A stretch of 51,544 bases of DNA, taken from contig URFJ01000002.1 in NCBI GenBank assembly GCA_900547135.1, positions 1 through 51,544 of the forward strand, written 5' to 3'. Shown here piece after piece: positions 9,875 to 18,870 of the stretch. The stretch comes from an uncultured Eubacteriales bacterium (GTDB lineage: Bacteria; Bacillota; Clostridia; Christensenellales; CAG-138). The stretch's first letter is position 1, and every line of letters starts with the position of its first letter. A program made the translations under genes and the position numbers. The notes under the pieces are model-generated. The model searched no databases. It was not told the DNA's origin and worked only from the letters and a program-made list of their open reading frames with translations.

Positions 9875-10693
9875 CTATCCGCAAACATGCACAAAATCAT
9901 ATCCCATGAACCTTGACGAAGCCCATTGTGCATGTTCCAAATCTTCAAAAAGCCCTACTATAGCCGAACCCGATCCAGTCATGCACGCTCCCAGCGCGCC
10001 GCATCCCAGCATGCGGTTTTTGATTTCGGCTATCTGGGGCGCCGCGGAAAACGCCTCGGTCTCAAGGGAGTTGCCCATTCGCCTTCCAAGCTCCCTCGGG
10101 TCGTCCGACAGATAAGCGTGTGCCGCGCCGCTTACGTCGTAGTGGGCGCATGGTAGTTTAAGGTTTGAAAACAGCTTTCCCGTATTGATGCCTGCTTTGG
10201 GTTTTACAATCAAAAGGGAAAGGCTTAAACGCGGAAGTGGGAACAGCCTTTCCCCTATACCGCTGGCTAAAGCTGCGCCTCCCGTCAGGCAGAATGGAAC
10301 GTCGGCCCCTATTGTGTGTGCAAGCCTTATTAGCATACTGTTATCTAAGGCGTGGTATATTTTCTGCATCCCAACGATTACTGCAGCCGCGTCGGCCGAT
10401 CCACCCCCCAGGCCCGCTTCGGACGGAATTCTTTTTATGATTTTAATATGGGCGCCCTTTGACTCGCCAATCCTTGAATATGCTTGGGCAGCCTTTACCG
10501 CTGTGTTGTCCTTTGGAAGCGGGATGTTGCTCTCAAACGATATACAATCGGCTTCTGATATGTCAACGTCGTCGCACAGATCTATGGAATGCATAAGCGA
10601 ATACAACTCATGGTATGCGTCACTTCGCCTATACAGAACATCCAGGGCAAGGTTTACCTTTGCATATGCTTTAATCAAAGGCATGCTCATCAC
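9875..10693 (-). CDS. ispE: 4-diphosphocytidyl-2-C-methyl-D-erythritol kinase
   Basis: 272 aa. KVNLALDV start block and GHMP-kinase loop PSEAGLGGGSADAAA. Confidence 0.9.
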   Translation of the reverse strand: MMSMPLIKAYAKVNLALDVLYRRSDAYHELYSLMHSIDLCDDVDISEADCISFESNIPLPKDNTAVKAAQAYSRIGESKGAHIKIIKRIPSEAGLGGGSADAAAVIVGMQKIYHALDNSMLIRLAHTIGADVPFCLTGGAALASGIGERLFPLPRLSLSLLIVKPKAGINTGKLFSNLKLPCAHYDVSGAAHAYLSDDPRELGRRMGNSLETEAFSAAPQIAEIKNRMLGCGALGACMTGSGSAIVGLFEDLEHAQWASSRFMGYDFVHVCG

Positions 10694-10767
10694 CTCAATT
10701 AAATAAAGACATTATAACCCAGCGGTATAAATAATGTAAGGTCCCAATAATTAAAATCAATTATAAT

Positions 10768-10797
10768 GCATAAACCCGTTTTTAAAAGTAAATAATC
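10768..10797 (+). promoter_or_regulatory. Candidate forespore sigma-F-type promoter upstream of spoIIR
   Basis: GCATA-N15-GTAAATAAT approximates the recalled sigma-F pattern GYATA-N15-GGnnAnAHTR, with 2 mismatches in the -10. It lies about 30 nt upstream of the AGGAGGTG Shine-Dalgarno. Confidence 0.3.
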
Positions 10798-10826
10798 TCC
10801 ATATACACAGGAGGTGAATATCTATA

Positions 10827-11417
10827 ATGAAACAATGCCAACCACATAAAGCCGTGTCACTTATCATGGCCGCATGCGCACTCCTAATCGCAATTATATG
10901 CTTTGCTGCAGAGGGCGAGAATGATAATAACGGCATATTCCGTCTTCATATAATCGCAAACAGCAATTCGGAAACCGATCAGAGGGTAAAGCTGCTTGTA
11001 CGCGACGCTCTTCTTGAATATGAAGCGGAACATCTTCCATATGCCAATAACGCGTCCGAAACGCGCGAGGAGCTTATGGCCCAGGGAAGGGATGTGCTTA
11101 ACGTAATAAGAGAGGTTCTAAATGATAATGAAGCGGATTATAACGTTCAGCTTAAAGTTGGGAACTATCCATTTCCTGACAGGGAATATGCCGGTAACCT
11201 TTATCCCTCCGGTAACTATGACGCACTGAGGGTTGTTCTAGGCGAAGGCAAAGGAGAAAATTGGTGGTGCGTCATGTTTCCGCCTTTATGCATAGTACAA
11301 GACTACGAGGGAGAAGTTAATACCGAAGAGGGTGTTGTGTTCAAAAGTTTTTTTGGCGAACTAATACAATATCTGTTCGGAGGTAAGATTATATGGAACG
11401 GAAAAGCAGAAAATTAG
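10827..11417 (+). CDS. spoIIR: Stage II sporulation protein R
   Basis: 196 aa with a signal/anchor helix. Hallmark FRLHIIANSNSETDQRVKLLVRDA and WWCVMFPPLC. Confidence 0.9.
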   Translation: MKQCQPHKAVSLIMAACALLIAIICFAAEGENDNNGIFRLHIIANSNSETDQRVKLLVRDALLEYEAEHLPYANNASETREELMAQGRDVLNVIREVLNDNEADYNVQLKVGNYPFPDREYAGNLYPSGNYDALRVVLGEGKGENWWCVMFPPLCIVQDYEGEVNTEEGVVFKSFFGELIQYLFGGKIIWNGKAEN

Positions 11418-12079
11418 CCTTTTTAATCGCACTGTTACTTATAATGTGTACGCTCCTTGAGCCTGCTACGGTAAAAGCCGCGACTGTGCTTAAATACGGT
11501 TCGCGCGGAAACGACGTGGTAAACCTGCAAAGCAGGCTTAAGCGATGGAGCTACTATTTTGGAAGCATTGACGGAATATTCGGTTCGCAGACTAGAGAAG
11601 CTGTAATGTACTTTCAACGCAAAAACGGCCTTGTGGTCGATGGCATGGTCGGACCACAGACGGCAAAATCACTTGGGATGAACCTTTCATCAAGCACTTC
11701 CTCTTCAGGGGGCTCGTCCTCAAATGCGTCCGGAGACCTGTACCTTTTAGCCAGAGTAGTGTACGGAGAAGCCAGGAGCGAACCGTATAAAGGACAGGTT
11801 GCGGTGGCGGCCGTTGTACTAAACAGGGTCAAGAACTCCTCTTTCCCAAATTCGTTGTCAGGGGTCGTATACCAAAGCGGAGCTTTCTCAATAGTCGCGG
11901 ACGGCCAGATCAATCTAGCTCCTGATCAATCCGCTATCAATGCGGCGCGGGATGCCATGAACGGATGGGATCCTACAAATGGATGCATCTACTATTTTAA
12001 CCCCGCAAAAACAAGCAACCCATGGATGCACAGCAGGCCTAAAGTCGTTACTATAGGTTCGCATGTGTTCTGCAAATGA
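11393..12079 (+). CDS. sleB: Spore cortex-lytic enzyme SleB
   Basis: 228 aa with a signal peptide. It has a peptidoglycan-binding domain (GSRGNDVVNLQSRLKRWSYYFGSIDGIFGSQTREAV...DGMVGPQT) and a cell-wall hydrolase domain (ARVVYGEARSEPYKGQVAVAAVVLNRV). GGAGGT Shine-Dalgarno. The start overlaps the spoIIR 3' end by 25 nt. Confidence 0.9.
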   Translation: MERKSRKLAFLIALLLIMCTLLEPATVKAATVLKYGSRGNDVVNLQSRLKRWSYYFGSIDGIFGSQTREAVMYFQRKNGLVVDGMVGPQTAKSLGMNLSSSTSSSGGSSSNASGDLYLLARVVYGEARSEPYKGQVAVAAVVLNRVKNSSFPNSLSGVVYQSGAFSIVADGQINLAPDQSAINAARDAMNGWDPTNGCIYYFNPAKTSNPWMHSRPKVVTIGSHVFCK

Positions 12080-12124
12080 TATTACAGCGGCTGAATTAAG
12101 CCGCTAGGAGTCGGGAGGCATTAA

Positions 12125-13456
12125 ATGAGCGATAAAGTCAAAACAACATTAGGAATAGCAATACCGCTTGTTCTTGTACTAGCGCTAATAGTGGTAAGCG
12201 TTTGGGGCGTGCAACAGCAAACCAGGGCAGATTCATACCAAAATTCAACCGAATCCATGTACAGACGGGCCTTTATTGAACTTGCGGACAATCTTTCTGA
12301 TTTAGAGGCGACGCTCAGCAAGCTTATGGTTTCTGGTTCCAGGAACCATACCATAATCCTGCTTGACGATATATGGAGGCTGAGCGGCGCGAGCGTTAGC
12401 CTTATGTCCCAGATACCTTCGTCCCACGTGGATACGTATGAGCTGAATAGGTTTATTGTGCAAGTTGGCGACTACGCGCATAGCCTGATGGAAAACCTGA
12501 TAGGCGGTACAGTCATGTCCAGTGAGGACGGAGAACAGCTTGTGAAGCTCCATGAGACCTGCGTTTCACTTGCAAATGAGATAAGGGGGCGCGTTGATTC
12601 CGACGATGTACCGATAGACCTTTTATCAAATGACGATTACTTTGAACCTTCTTCAAAGGAATATGAAGACTCTGAAAGCGTGGAAAAGTTCCCTACGCTT
12701 ATCTACGACGGGCCGTACTCTGAAAGCACCGAAAAGCTTGAGCCAAAGGGTGTAACCGGAGATGAAATAAGCGAAGACGAGGCCATGCAAAAGGCCCTTG
12801 AGTATGCCACAGGAGCACAGCTGGAATCCGCCGGCGCCTCGGACGGCAACATCCCAGCGTATGACTTCAGCGGCACCCTGGAAGATGGGCGCACCATAGA
12901 TATATCCGTTACAAAAAAGGGCGGGCATCTGTTATGGAAGATGAGCAGCGCTAATGGCCAGGAAACAGGCGTTCCTGATGAATCGCTTACCGAAAAATAC
13001 CGAAATGCGGGACTTGATTATCTCGATAAGCACGGTTTTAAAGGGATGGTAGGAACCTATGCTCAGTATTATGCAGGCGTGGCGCTTATAAACTATGCGG
13101 CAACGCAGGACGACGTCATCCTTTACAGCGACCTAATTAAGCTTTGGGTAGATCGTGAAACCCTCGAAATTGTCGGTTTCGACGCTAGAAATTATCTATA
13201 CAGCCATGTCGAGCGCAAGCTTGAGGAACCAGAGCTTAGCGTTGAGGATGCAGAAAGGATGTTAAACCCGAACCTGACAGTTCAATCAAGAGAAATGGCG
13301 TTCATACCGGTAACGCCATCCAATGAACGGTTATGCTATGAGTTTAAATGCACCCTGGGCGATCAGGCCTTCATAGTGTATATCGACGCAGATACCGGCG
13401 ACGAACTTGAGATATTTAGGATTATTGATTCAGAGGACGGACAGTTGGTTATATAA
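12125..13456 (+). CDS. ypeB: Germination protein YpeB
   Basis: 443 aa with an N-terminal TM anchor and PepSY-like C-terminal repeats. It lies immediately downstream of sleB, the canonical sleB-ypeB pairing. Confidence 0.85.
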   Translation: MSDKVKTTLGIAIPLVLVLALIVVSVWGVQQQTRADSYQNSTESMYRRAFIELADNLSDLEATLSKLMVSGSRNHTIILLDDIWRLSGASVSLMSQIPSSHVDTYELNRFIVQVGDYAHSLMENLIGGTVMSSEDGEQLVKLHETCVSLANEIRGRVDSDDVPIDLLSNDDYFEPSSKEYEDSESVEKFPTLIYDGPYSESTEKLEPKGVTGDEISEDEAMQKALEYATGAQLESAGASDGNIPAYDFSGTLEDGRTIDISVTKKGGHLLWKMSSANGQETGVPDESLTEKYRNAGLDYLDKHGFKGMVGTYAQYYAGVALINYAATQDDVILYSDLIKLWVDRETLEIVGFDARNYLYSHVERKLEEPELSVEDAERMLNPNLTVQSREMAFIPVTPSNERLCYEFKCTLGDQAFIVYIDADTGDELEIFRIIDSEDGQLVI

Positions 13457-13471
13457 TAAAATTTAAATCAA

Positions 13472-13501
13472 AGCGGACTGCGTTATATGATGCAGCCCGC
13501 T
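13472..13501 (+). terminator. Putative terminator after ypeB
   Basis: Stem AGCGGACTGC/GCAGCCCGCT (1 mismatch) with a 10-nt loop. The T-tract is weak. Confidence 0.35.
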
Positions 13502-13517
13502 CTGTTATTAGGGTTTT

Positions 13518-14524
13518 AGGATTGTAAAACATGTTGGACAGAATAAGCGGCAAGGAAAGCGTTGGGTTAGGTTAGTGTAAAAGACGCGTGGGGCGGCTCT
13601 TCGACGCACAGCTAGCTGTGTCGAAATCAGCGAGTGAGTGAAAGCGGTGTGTGTCGTAGAAGCGGCGCTGGTCCTCGCGGTGACTGCGCTCCACCTTGCC
13701 GTTGTGGCGCGGGGTGTAGGGGAGGATCTGCTTGTTACGGACGAGTTTGTTCTCTCAAGAGCGTTACCAGCTCGTGCGCAAAGCGGTTGCTAAACTCAAA
13801 GCCGTTGTCGTTTTGTACGCGCTCCACCGTAAAGCCCCCTTTTTGAAAAAGGTGTAAGCCTTCTTCAAAAAATCAGCCGATTAATAGGTATTCTGTTCCT
13901 CATAAGCACCTAAATAGCGAAGGCGGAAAAACTCGTCAATGGCGGTGTACTGGAACAAGCGCAGACTATCCACACAGCAGGCGCGCGGAACTACTTTAAC
14001 GTCATCTTGAACGCTATCTGGGATACGTCATCTGCTGGCAGGGCTTTGGCATATATGGTTTCTTTACCGGTTCCAAAGCCGACATGCCAGTTCGTTTAAT
14101 AACCCTGTACAGGCTTTCAGGGCAACGGGAGTACCCACGTTACCGAAGCCTGCACCACAGGTCGATAGGCTCCAGCTTAGGATTCCTTCGCCGCGTATAC
14201 CGAATGAGTTTTAACTCAGCCTCGGTATTCTGATTCGGATGGTACAGCGGGTGTCTGGAGCGGCCGGCTAATGATCCAATCGTCCCGTCGTATTCTTGAC
14301 AGTCAGAAGTAAATGGTTGAGCGCGCACGGTTATATTTGCGTGAAGCTCTAGCCACACCAAATTCCTTTGCGTAGCGCACAAGGGATTGCCTGTACTTCA
14401 TGTTTTGTGATACAGTTTCCATGAGGGATTTTCGCTTATTGTTTGTTCTTGCAAACTCACAATAACCGATTTGTGCCAATCCTTCATCCTTTTCTTTCCG
14501 CTGTCCAAGATGTATTGTAGTCCT
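13518..14524 (-). mobile_element. IS481-family insertion sequence relic (full length, transposase pseudogenised)
   Basis: Minus-strand translation, read in shifting frames, gives these pieces, separated by stops and frameshifts:
- MKYRQSLVRYAKEFGVARASRKYNRARSTIYF*
- YDGTIGSLAGRSRHPLYHPNQNTEAELKLIRYTRRRNPKLEPIDLWCRLR*
- RGYSRCPESLYRV
- VKVVPRACCVDSLRLFQYTAIDEF
- GGFTVERVQNDNGFEFSNRF
- ILPYTPRHNGKVERSHREDQRRFYD
Imperfect terminal inverted repeats match at 19/24: AGGATTGTAAAACATGTTGGACAG (13518-13541) versus the reverse complement of 14501-14524, AGGACTACAATACATCTTGGACAG. Confidence 0.8.
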
Positions 14525-14558
14525 ACACTCGATAAATAAAAATATTATTTATAGGGCA

Positions 14559-14587
14559 TTGACATATTACTTACAACCTGCTAAAAT
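14559..14587 (+). promoter_or_regulatory. Sigma-A-type promoter of tRNA cluster 1
   Basis: TTGACA (14559-14564), 17-nt spacer, TAAAAT (14582-14587). It lies 64 nt upstream of tRNA-Arg. Confidence 0.6.
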
Positions 14588-14650
14588 TATCTACTGTCGG
14601 CGGGTGAAAGATAGATGCTTGCACCGAGTGGAATGCCCATGACGAGATAT

Positions 14651-14727
<77 letters not shown>

Positions 14728-14733
14728 GCTTAT

Positions 14734-14811
14734 GGTGGGTATAGTTCAGATGGTTAGAGCGCCAGATTGTGGCTCTGGAGGTCGTGGGTTCGAATCCCAC
14801 TACCCACCCCA
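14734..14811 (+). tRNA. tRNA-His (anticodon GTG)
   Basis: Extra 5' G(-1), acceptor GTGGGTA/TACCCAC, anticodon stem CCAGA/TCTGG, loop TTGTGGC, T-loop GGTTCGAATCC, CCA. Confidence 0.9.
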
Positions 14812-14834
14812 TTTACCTATGGAGCTAAGCGCAT

Positions 14835-14909
14835 TGGGGTGTCGCCAAGCGGTAAGGCACGGGACTTTGACTCCCGCACTCGTAGGTTCAAATCCTGCCA
14901 CCCCAGCCA
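14835..14909 (+). tRNA. tRNA-Gln (anticodon TTG)
   Basis: Acceptor TGGGGTG/CACCCCA, anticodon stem CGGGA/TCCCG, loop CTTTGAC, T-loop GGTTCAAATCC, CCA. Confidence 0.9.
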
Positions 14910-14915
14910 GAATCT

Positions 14916-14991
14916 GACCCGTTAGCTCAGTTGGTAGAGCATTTGACTTTTAATCAAAGGGTCCGGAGTTCGAGCCTCCGACGGGTCACCA
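14916..14991 (+). tRNA. tRNA-Lys (anticodon TTT)
   Basis: Acceptor GACCCGT/ACGGGTC, anticodon stem TTTGA/TCAAA, loop CTTTTAA, T-loop AGTTCGAGCCT, CCA. Confidence 0.9.
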
Positions 14992-15497
14992 ATTTTCTGG
15001 CAACGAGGGAGCTAGTCCTTGATTTAAAGGGCCTGTCCAATTTATGAATAAGCAGAAAACAGGAATAAAGGTAATAAAAAAGTTACTTCTGAATCTTTAG
15101 TTATTTTTTGATTTTTTAACTATTTATGCCCAAACCGGCAGGCCTAATGCCCTGAAGTATACGATTTATTTTAGATCAAAATTACAAAATAATGCGCTAA
15201 AATAGCGCAAACCCAAAAAAGTTTATAAAAACAAATAACAATCCCACCATTATAAAACTGTGTAGCAGCAAGCACCCCTATAGAATTCCACCAAGGTGAA
15301 TTTTATATTTAAAATCCTGAGCAAGGGCAAACAACAAGGAGAGATTGACTAAACAGACTTTTGTCCGTGCTTTTAAACGTTTTCGCCACTGCCAAATTTC
15401 ATCAAAATTAGTTCTAAATCGCGCAAACTCATATTACAATTATATATACAAAATGATATAATAAATTTGTAGTAACGCTGATTTAGGAGGTATTACA

Positions 15498-16633
15498 ATG
15501 AAAAAGGTGATAGCAATAACACTGATCCTGTTGTTCGTGACTGCGGGGCTTACCCCCTTAGCCCATGCCATGGAAAGCAGGATAGACGCCGCAAATGATA
15601 AGGAATTTATTTATGAACATCTAAAAAACATTGACGAAAAGGATTATGCGGCATACCTTGATATGCTGGGAGATGAGTTCAGGACAGTAATGGAACCTGT
15701 ACTTTCATCGTTGATCGATGACAAAATGGGGGTTGGAGCTATAAAGTCAATAGACCTTAAAACCTTTGAGGTTATGGCCGACCTGTCCGATACGGAATAC
15801 TCGGAAATAGACGAGATCCAATTATCGTATATGAACAGTACACGTCATAGGCTAAAAAATTATCTGATAAAATGTGAAATGGAAGTTTATCAGGACAATG
15901 CTTATTACTTTAATGGCGTTAACTATCTAAGCATTACCTGCTTGATGGCGCTAAAAGGATACTGGATAACAGGCTGCCGCTTCCCGATGTTGTAGCTGAG
16001 TACGAAAAGGACAGGTCGCTTGTAAAGGATTACTTTAGTAAGAGATTTACACAGGAGCGTGGAGGTTTCTATATATCGGACAGGTTCAGTGAAGAGTTTA
16101 AGGAAACGGCCTCCTATAATGGCAATATGCCCAGCACAATAGATGTTTATAGGTCTAAAACCGGCAGGATAGACCGGAATGTAAATTTCAAGCAATATTG
16201 CCGTGTTGTCATGGCATGTGAAGAAGGGTATGAAGGTAGGCAGACGGACTATAAAAAGGCATTTGCTATTGCGATAAAACATTTTGGTTGGTTTATGATA
16301 TTAAAGCCACGCGCGAATTTAGGCTGTCATGTTAGAGATGATACAGATGATCAAATATATAGCCCTGAAACAAGAAGCCCTTCTGATTATCCTACCTGTG
16401 ACAATGCCATGCTATCCACATGGAATACAATTATGGTTAATTCAGGTAGAAACATTTTTAAACCATTTTATTTACAGGGAGACGCTAGTGTATTAGAAAG
16501 AAACACACAATATAAAGGAACAATGTATGAATATGAAGTTTGGAAGTCACTGGTTCCAAGTGGAATGAACTATATTAATGTTCTTAAATACTATTATAGC
16601 ACTACTGCAACAATATTTCGTCGGGCGAAATAA
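15498..16633 (+). pseudogene. Secreted protein gene interrupted by a frameshift (signal-peptide part 15498-15995; C-terminal SpoIID/LytB-like part in the -1 frame, open from 15923 to 16633)
   Basis: GGAGG Shine-Dalgarno and signal peptide MKKVIAITLILLFVTAGLTPLAHA. The frame of the 16127..16633 ORF is open back to 15923 and overlaps the first frame by 73 nt (...LLDGAKRILDNRLPLPDVVAEYEKDRSLVKDYF...). The C-terminal part loosely follows the SpoIID pattern (KAFAIAIKHFGWFMIL...HVRDDTDDQIYSP...IFKPFYLQG). The family call is tentative. Confidence 0.5.
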
Positions 16634-16729
16634 GAGTTTGTACTAATCATACAGGAAGTTATACCAATCAACCGCAACAACGCACAAGGTTAACGGCTGT
16701 ACTACATGTAAGGTTAATATAGTGGAAAA

Positions 16730-16956
16730 CCATAGTTTTAGACTGCAGGGAAACAATCAGGTCTGTACGAAATGCGGACATTCCGTTACTGTGATGGATA
16801 TACAACCACCCATATTTGTAAGAAACGCTTTAAGTGTACAAAAATGAATTAAGGAGTGAAAGAAATGAAAAAAGCGCTAATAGTAATTGTTATGCTATGT
16901 ATGGCTTTTATTCTGGGCTGTACCAGCGACGCCATAAATCCTACGGCAGAGCCGAC
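16730..16956 (+). repeat. Copy 1 of a ~227-bp near-identical direct repeat (tandem duplication period 1015 bp)
   Basis: The first ~209 bp (16730-16938) match 17745-17953 with only 1 mismatch (16736), and the last ~18 bp are more divergent. The repeat covers 135 bp of upstream sequence, the Shine-Dalgarno, and the signal-peptide/lipobox codons of the lipoprotein genes. Confidence 0.9.
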
Positions 16957-17632
16957 AGGTATTGTATCAAACACCGATAAAATAGAGGCAACACCATCCG
17001 CTACTCCAAAAATTAATCCTAGTGATGAACAGTCGCCAATACCGACTGTAGAGGAAGCATACGCTAAATTGGTGGAGTTCCTACGCAATTTTGGATTTGG
17101 AGATGACACACAGCTTGAACCGTCCCCTTCCAGGTTAAAAAATGGTCTTTGGAGAACATCATTTTATGATACACCGGTAAAGAGGGGACTTGTGATGTTA
17201 TGTGAAACAGAAAATATGGAACACCCGGAAAGCACAATCCCAAGTGGCGGGAAATATCGCTTAGGCACATATGCAATAAATGTAAAATTCGTTGAAGTCA
17301 ATCCGGAATATTATAATCCTGATACTAATGCAGATGTCCCATATTATTTGGTTCATACAGAAGAAACTAGTATGTTATATTCAGATGCAACTGTTATCCT
17401 TCTTAATGGGTTTGGTATAACTAATACATCTTATCCAGTGCTAGCTCCGACTCTGTCGTGGGAACTGAATAACTATATAAAATATGATTATGATCGCATT
17501 ATAGAGGATGAGAAGGAAGCTGGCCAACCCCATAGTCTGTATGAGATATACTATTGTGACAATGAAATAGTTTGGATTGAACAACTATGCGATTTAGGAG
17601 TAAAAGGCCAAGACTGGGAATACAAGAAATAG
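16865..17632 (+). CDS. Lipoprotein, unknown function (paralogue A)
   Basis: AAGGAG Shine-Dalgarno with 8-nt spacing to ATG 16865; the track start GTG 16856 lies inside the Shine-Dalgarno. Signal peptide MKKALIVIVMLCMAFILGC with an ILGC lipobox. Protein-level homologue of 17880..18665 through to the shared ending DWEYKK. Confidence 0.75.
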   Translation: MKKALIVIVMLCMAFILGCTSDAINPTAEPTGIVSNTDKIEATPSATPKINPSDEQSPIPTVEEAYAKLVEFLRNFGFGDDTQLEPSPSRLKNGLWRTSFYDTPVKRGLVMLCETENMEHPESTIPSGGKYRLGTYAINVKFVEVNPEYYNPDTNADVPYYLVHTEETSMLYSDATVILLNGFGITNTSYPVLAPTLSWELNNYIKYDYDRIIEDEKEAGQPHSLYEIYYCDNEIVWIEQLCDLGVKGQDWEYKK

Positions 17633-17744
17633 ATCGTTGAGCTGTAAAGAGCGTTAGGGATATTTAAATGTCCTCAACGCTCTATATAAATATCTATTTA
17701 TATAACTATTGAAGATAAATGTTAAGTATAAAATAATTTGTATG

Positions 17745-17971
17745 CCATAGCTTTAGACTGCAGGGAAACAATCAGGTCTGTACGAAATGCGGACATTCCG
17801 TTACTGTGATGGATATACAACCACCCATATTTGTAAGAAACGCTTTAAGTGTACAAAAATGAATTAAGGAGTGAAAGAAATGAAAAAAGCGCTAATAGTA
17901 ATTGTTATGCTATGTATGGCTTTTATTCTGGGCTGTACCAGCGACGCCATAAACCCTACGGCTGAACCGAC
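17745..17971 (+). repeat. Copy 2 of the ~227-bp near-identical direct repeat
   Basis: See copy 1; the offset is exactly 1015 bp. Confidence 0.9.
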
Positions 17972-18665
17972 GGCAACGGCCAGTCTCTCCAGTCCAACTA
18001 TAAATACCGCAGCTCCGTCGCCTACAATAGATCTTTGGGGCGGGTTCACACCCACGCCAAGCGTTAGATATTGTGACGAACCTGAGGAATACTTAAGGTT
18101 AGAAAAGTTTGTACGAAATTTAGGTTTTGGAGATGATGAAAGGCTGGAGCTTTATCCCTCCAGGCTTAAGAATGGCCTATGGCGCGCGTCGTTTTATGAT
18201 AAGCCAGTAAAAACCGCTCGCGTTTTGTTATGCGTAACAGATGATATGGAGTATCCAGATCCAGAATTTTCGATTCCCGGGGGGAAAGAATTTCGAGTAG
18301 GCCAAAATGTAATAAAGGTTAAATTCACCGATATTAATCCCGAATATGATTTAGCGGATAATAGGGACGTGCCATATTATTTAGTTGATAAGGAAGCTAC
18401 AAAGATGTTTTATTCTGATGTAACTATTATTATGCTTAATGGATTTGGTATAACGGATTTCTCATATCCTATACTGACGCCACGCTTGCCAGGGGCGTTA
18501 AACAACTACGTGAAATACGATTACGAACGCAAAATAGAGGGTGAAGAAGAGATATACGAAGCGCATAGCCTGTATGAAATATACTACTGCGAAAATGAGA
18601 TAGTATGGATAGAGCAGGTCAGGGACATAGGCATAAAGGGTACGGATTGGGAATACAAGAAATAG
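17880..18665 (+). CDS. Lipoprotein, unknown function (paralogue B)
   Basis: Same Shine-Dalgarno, signal peptide and lipobox as paralogue A. The mature part is diverged but collinear (FYD.PVK, NPEY, VPYYLV, LNGFGIT, HSLYEIYYC.NEIVWIEQ, DWEYKK). Confidence 0.75.
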   Translation: MKKALIVIVMLCMAFILGCTSDAINPTAEPTATASLSSPTINTAAPSPTIDLWGGFTPTPSVRYCDEPEEYLRLEKFVRNLGFGDDERLELYPSRLKNGLWRASFYDKPVKTARVLLCVTDDMEYPDPEFSIPGGKEFRVGQNVIKVKFTDINPEYDLADNRDVPYYLVDKEATKMFYSDVTIIMLNGFGITDFSYPILTPRLPGALNNYVKYDYERKIEGEEEIYEAHSLYEIYYCENEIVWIEQVRDIGIKGTDWEYKK

Positions 18666-18766
18666 ACCGTTGATGCAAAGAACGTTAGATCTGCTTATTA
18701 AGTCAAAAGCTAAACATTGTATAGAATTTATTATTGCAGGATTTTGATAAAATTATAAGTAAATGC

Positions 18767-18796
18767 TTGACAAAACGGGATTAGCTATCTTATAAT
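18767..18796 (+). promoter_or_regulatory. Sigma-A-type promoter of tRNA cluster 2
   Basis: TTGACA (18767-18772), 18-nt spacer, TATAAT (18791-18796). Confidence 0.6.
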
Positions 18797-18870
18797 GGTT
18801 TTTGCTTGGGTTGAACACAATCAAGCTTTCCAAAAACAGGATTTCTGTTTCGGATAAACCCTTATAACAA

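Noticed and set aside
10185-10706. 173-aa plus-strand ORF antisense to ispE, and similar long antisense ORFs elsewhere (20642..21148, 34407..35030, 37678..38163, 28436..28942, 31070..31522, 44008..44442, 45644..46048, 50176..50589, 8913..9347).
   Set aside because: Each overlaps a confidently identified gene on the opposite strand. Their Ala/Ser/Pro/Arg-rich composition is typical of antisense frames, and they have no Shine-Dalgarno or recognisable motifs.
13634-13846. GC-rich 70-aa plus-strand ORF (MSESGVCRRSGAGPRG...).
   Set aside because: It is the antisense of the DDE-core region of the IS481-family relic and is not an independent gene.
14140-14382. 80-aa minus-strand ORF and the 115-aa ORF 36282..36629, considered as possible intact small genes.
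   Set aside because: They are fragments of the IS transposase reading frame (HTH and N-terminal part), flanked by the rest of the transposase in other frames. They are annotated as IS relics instead.
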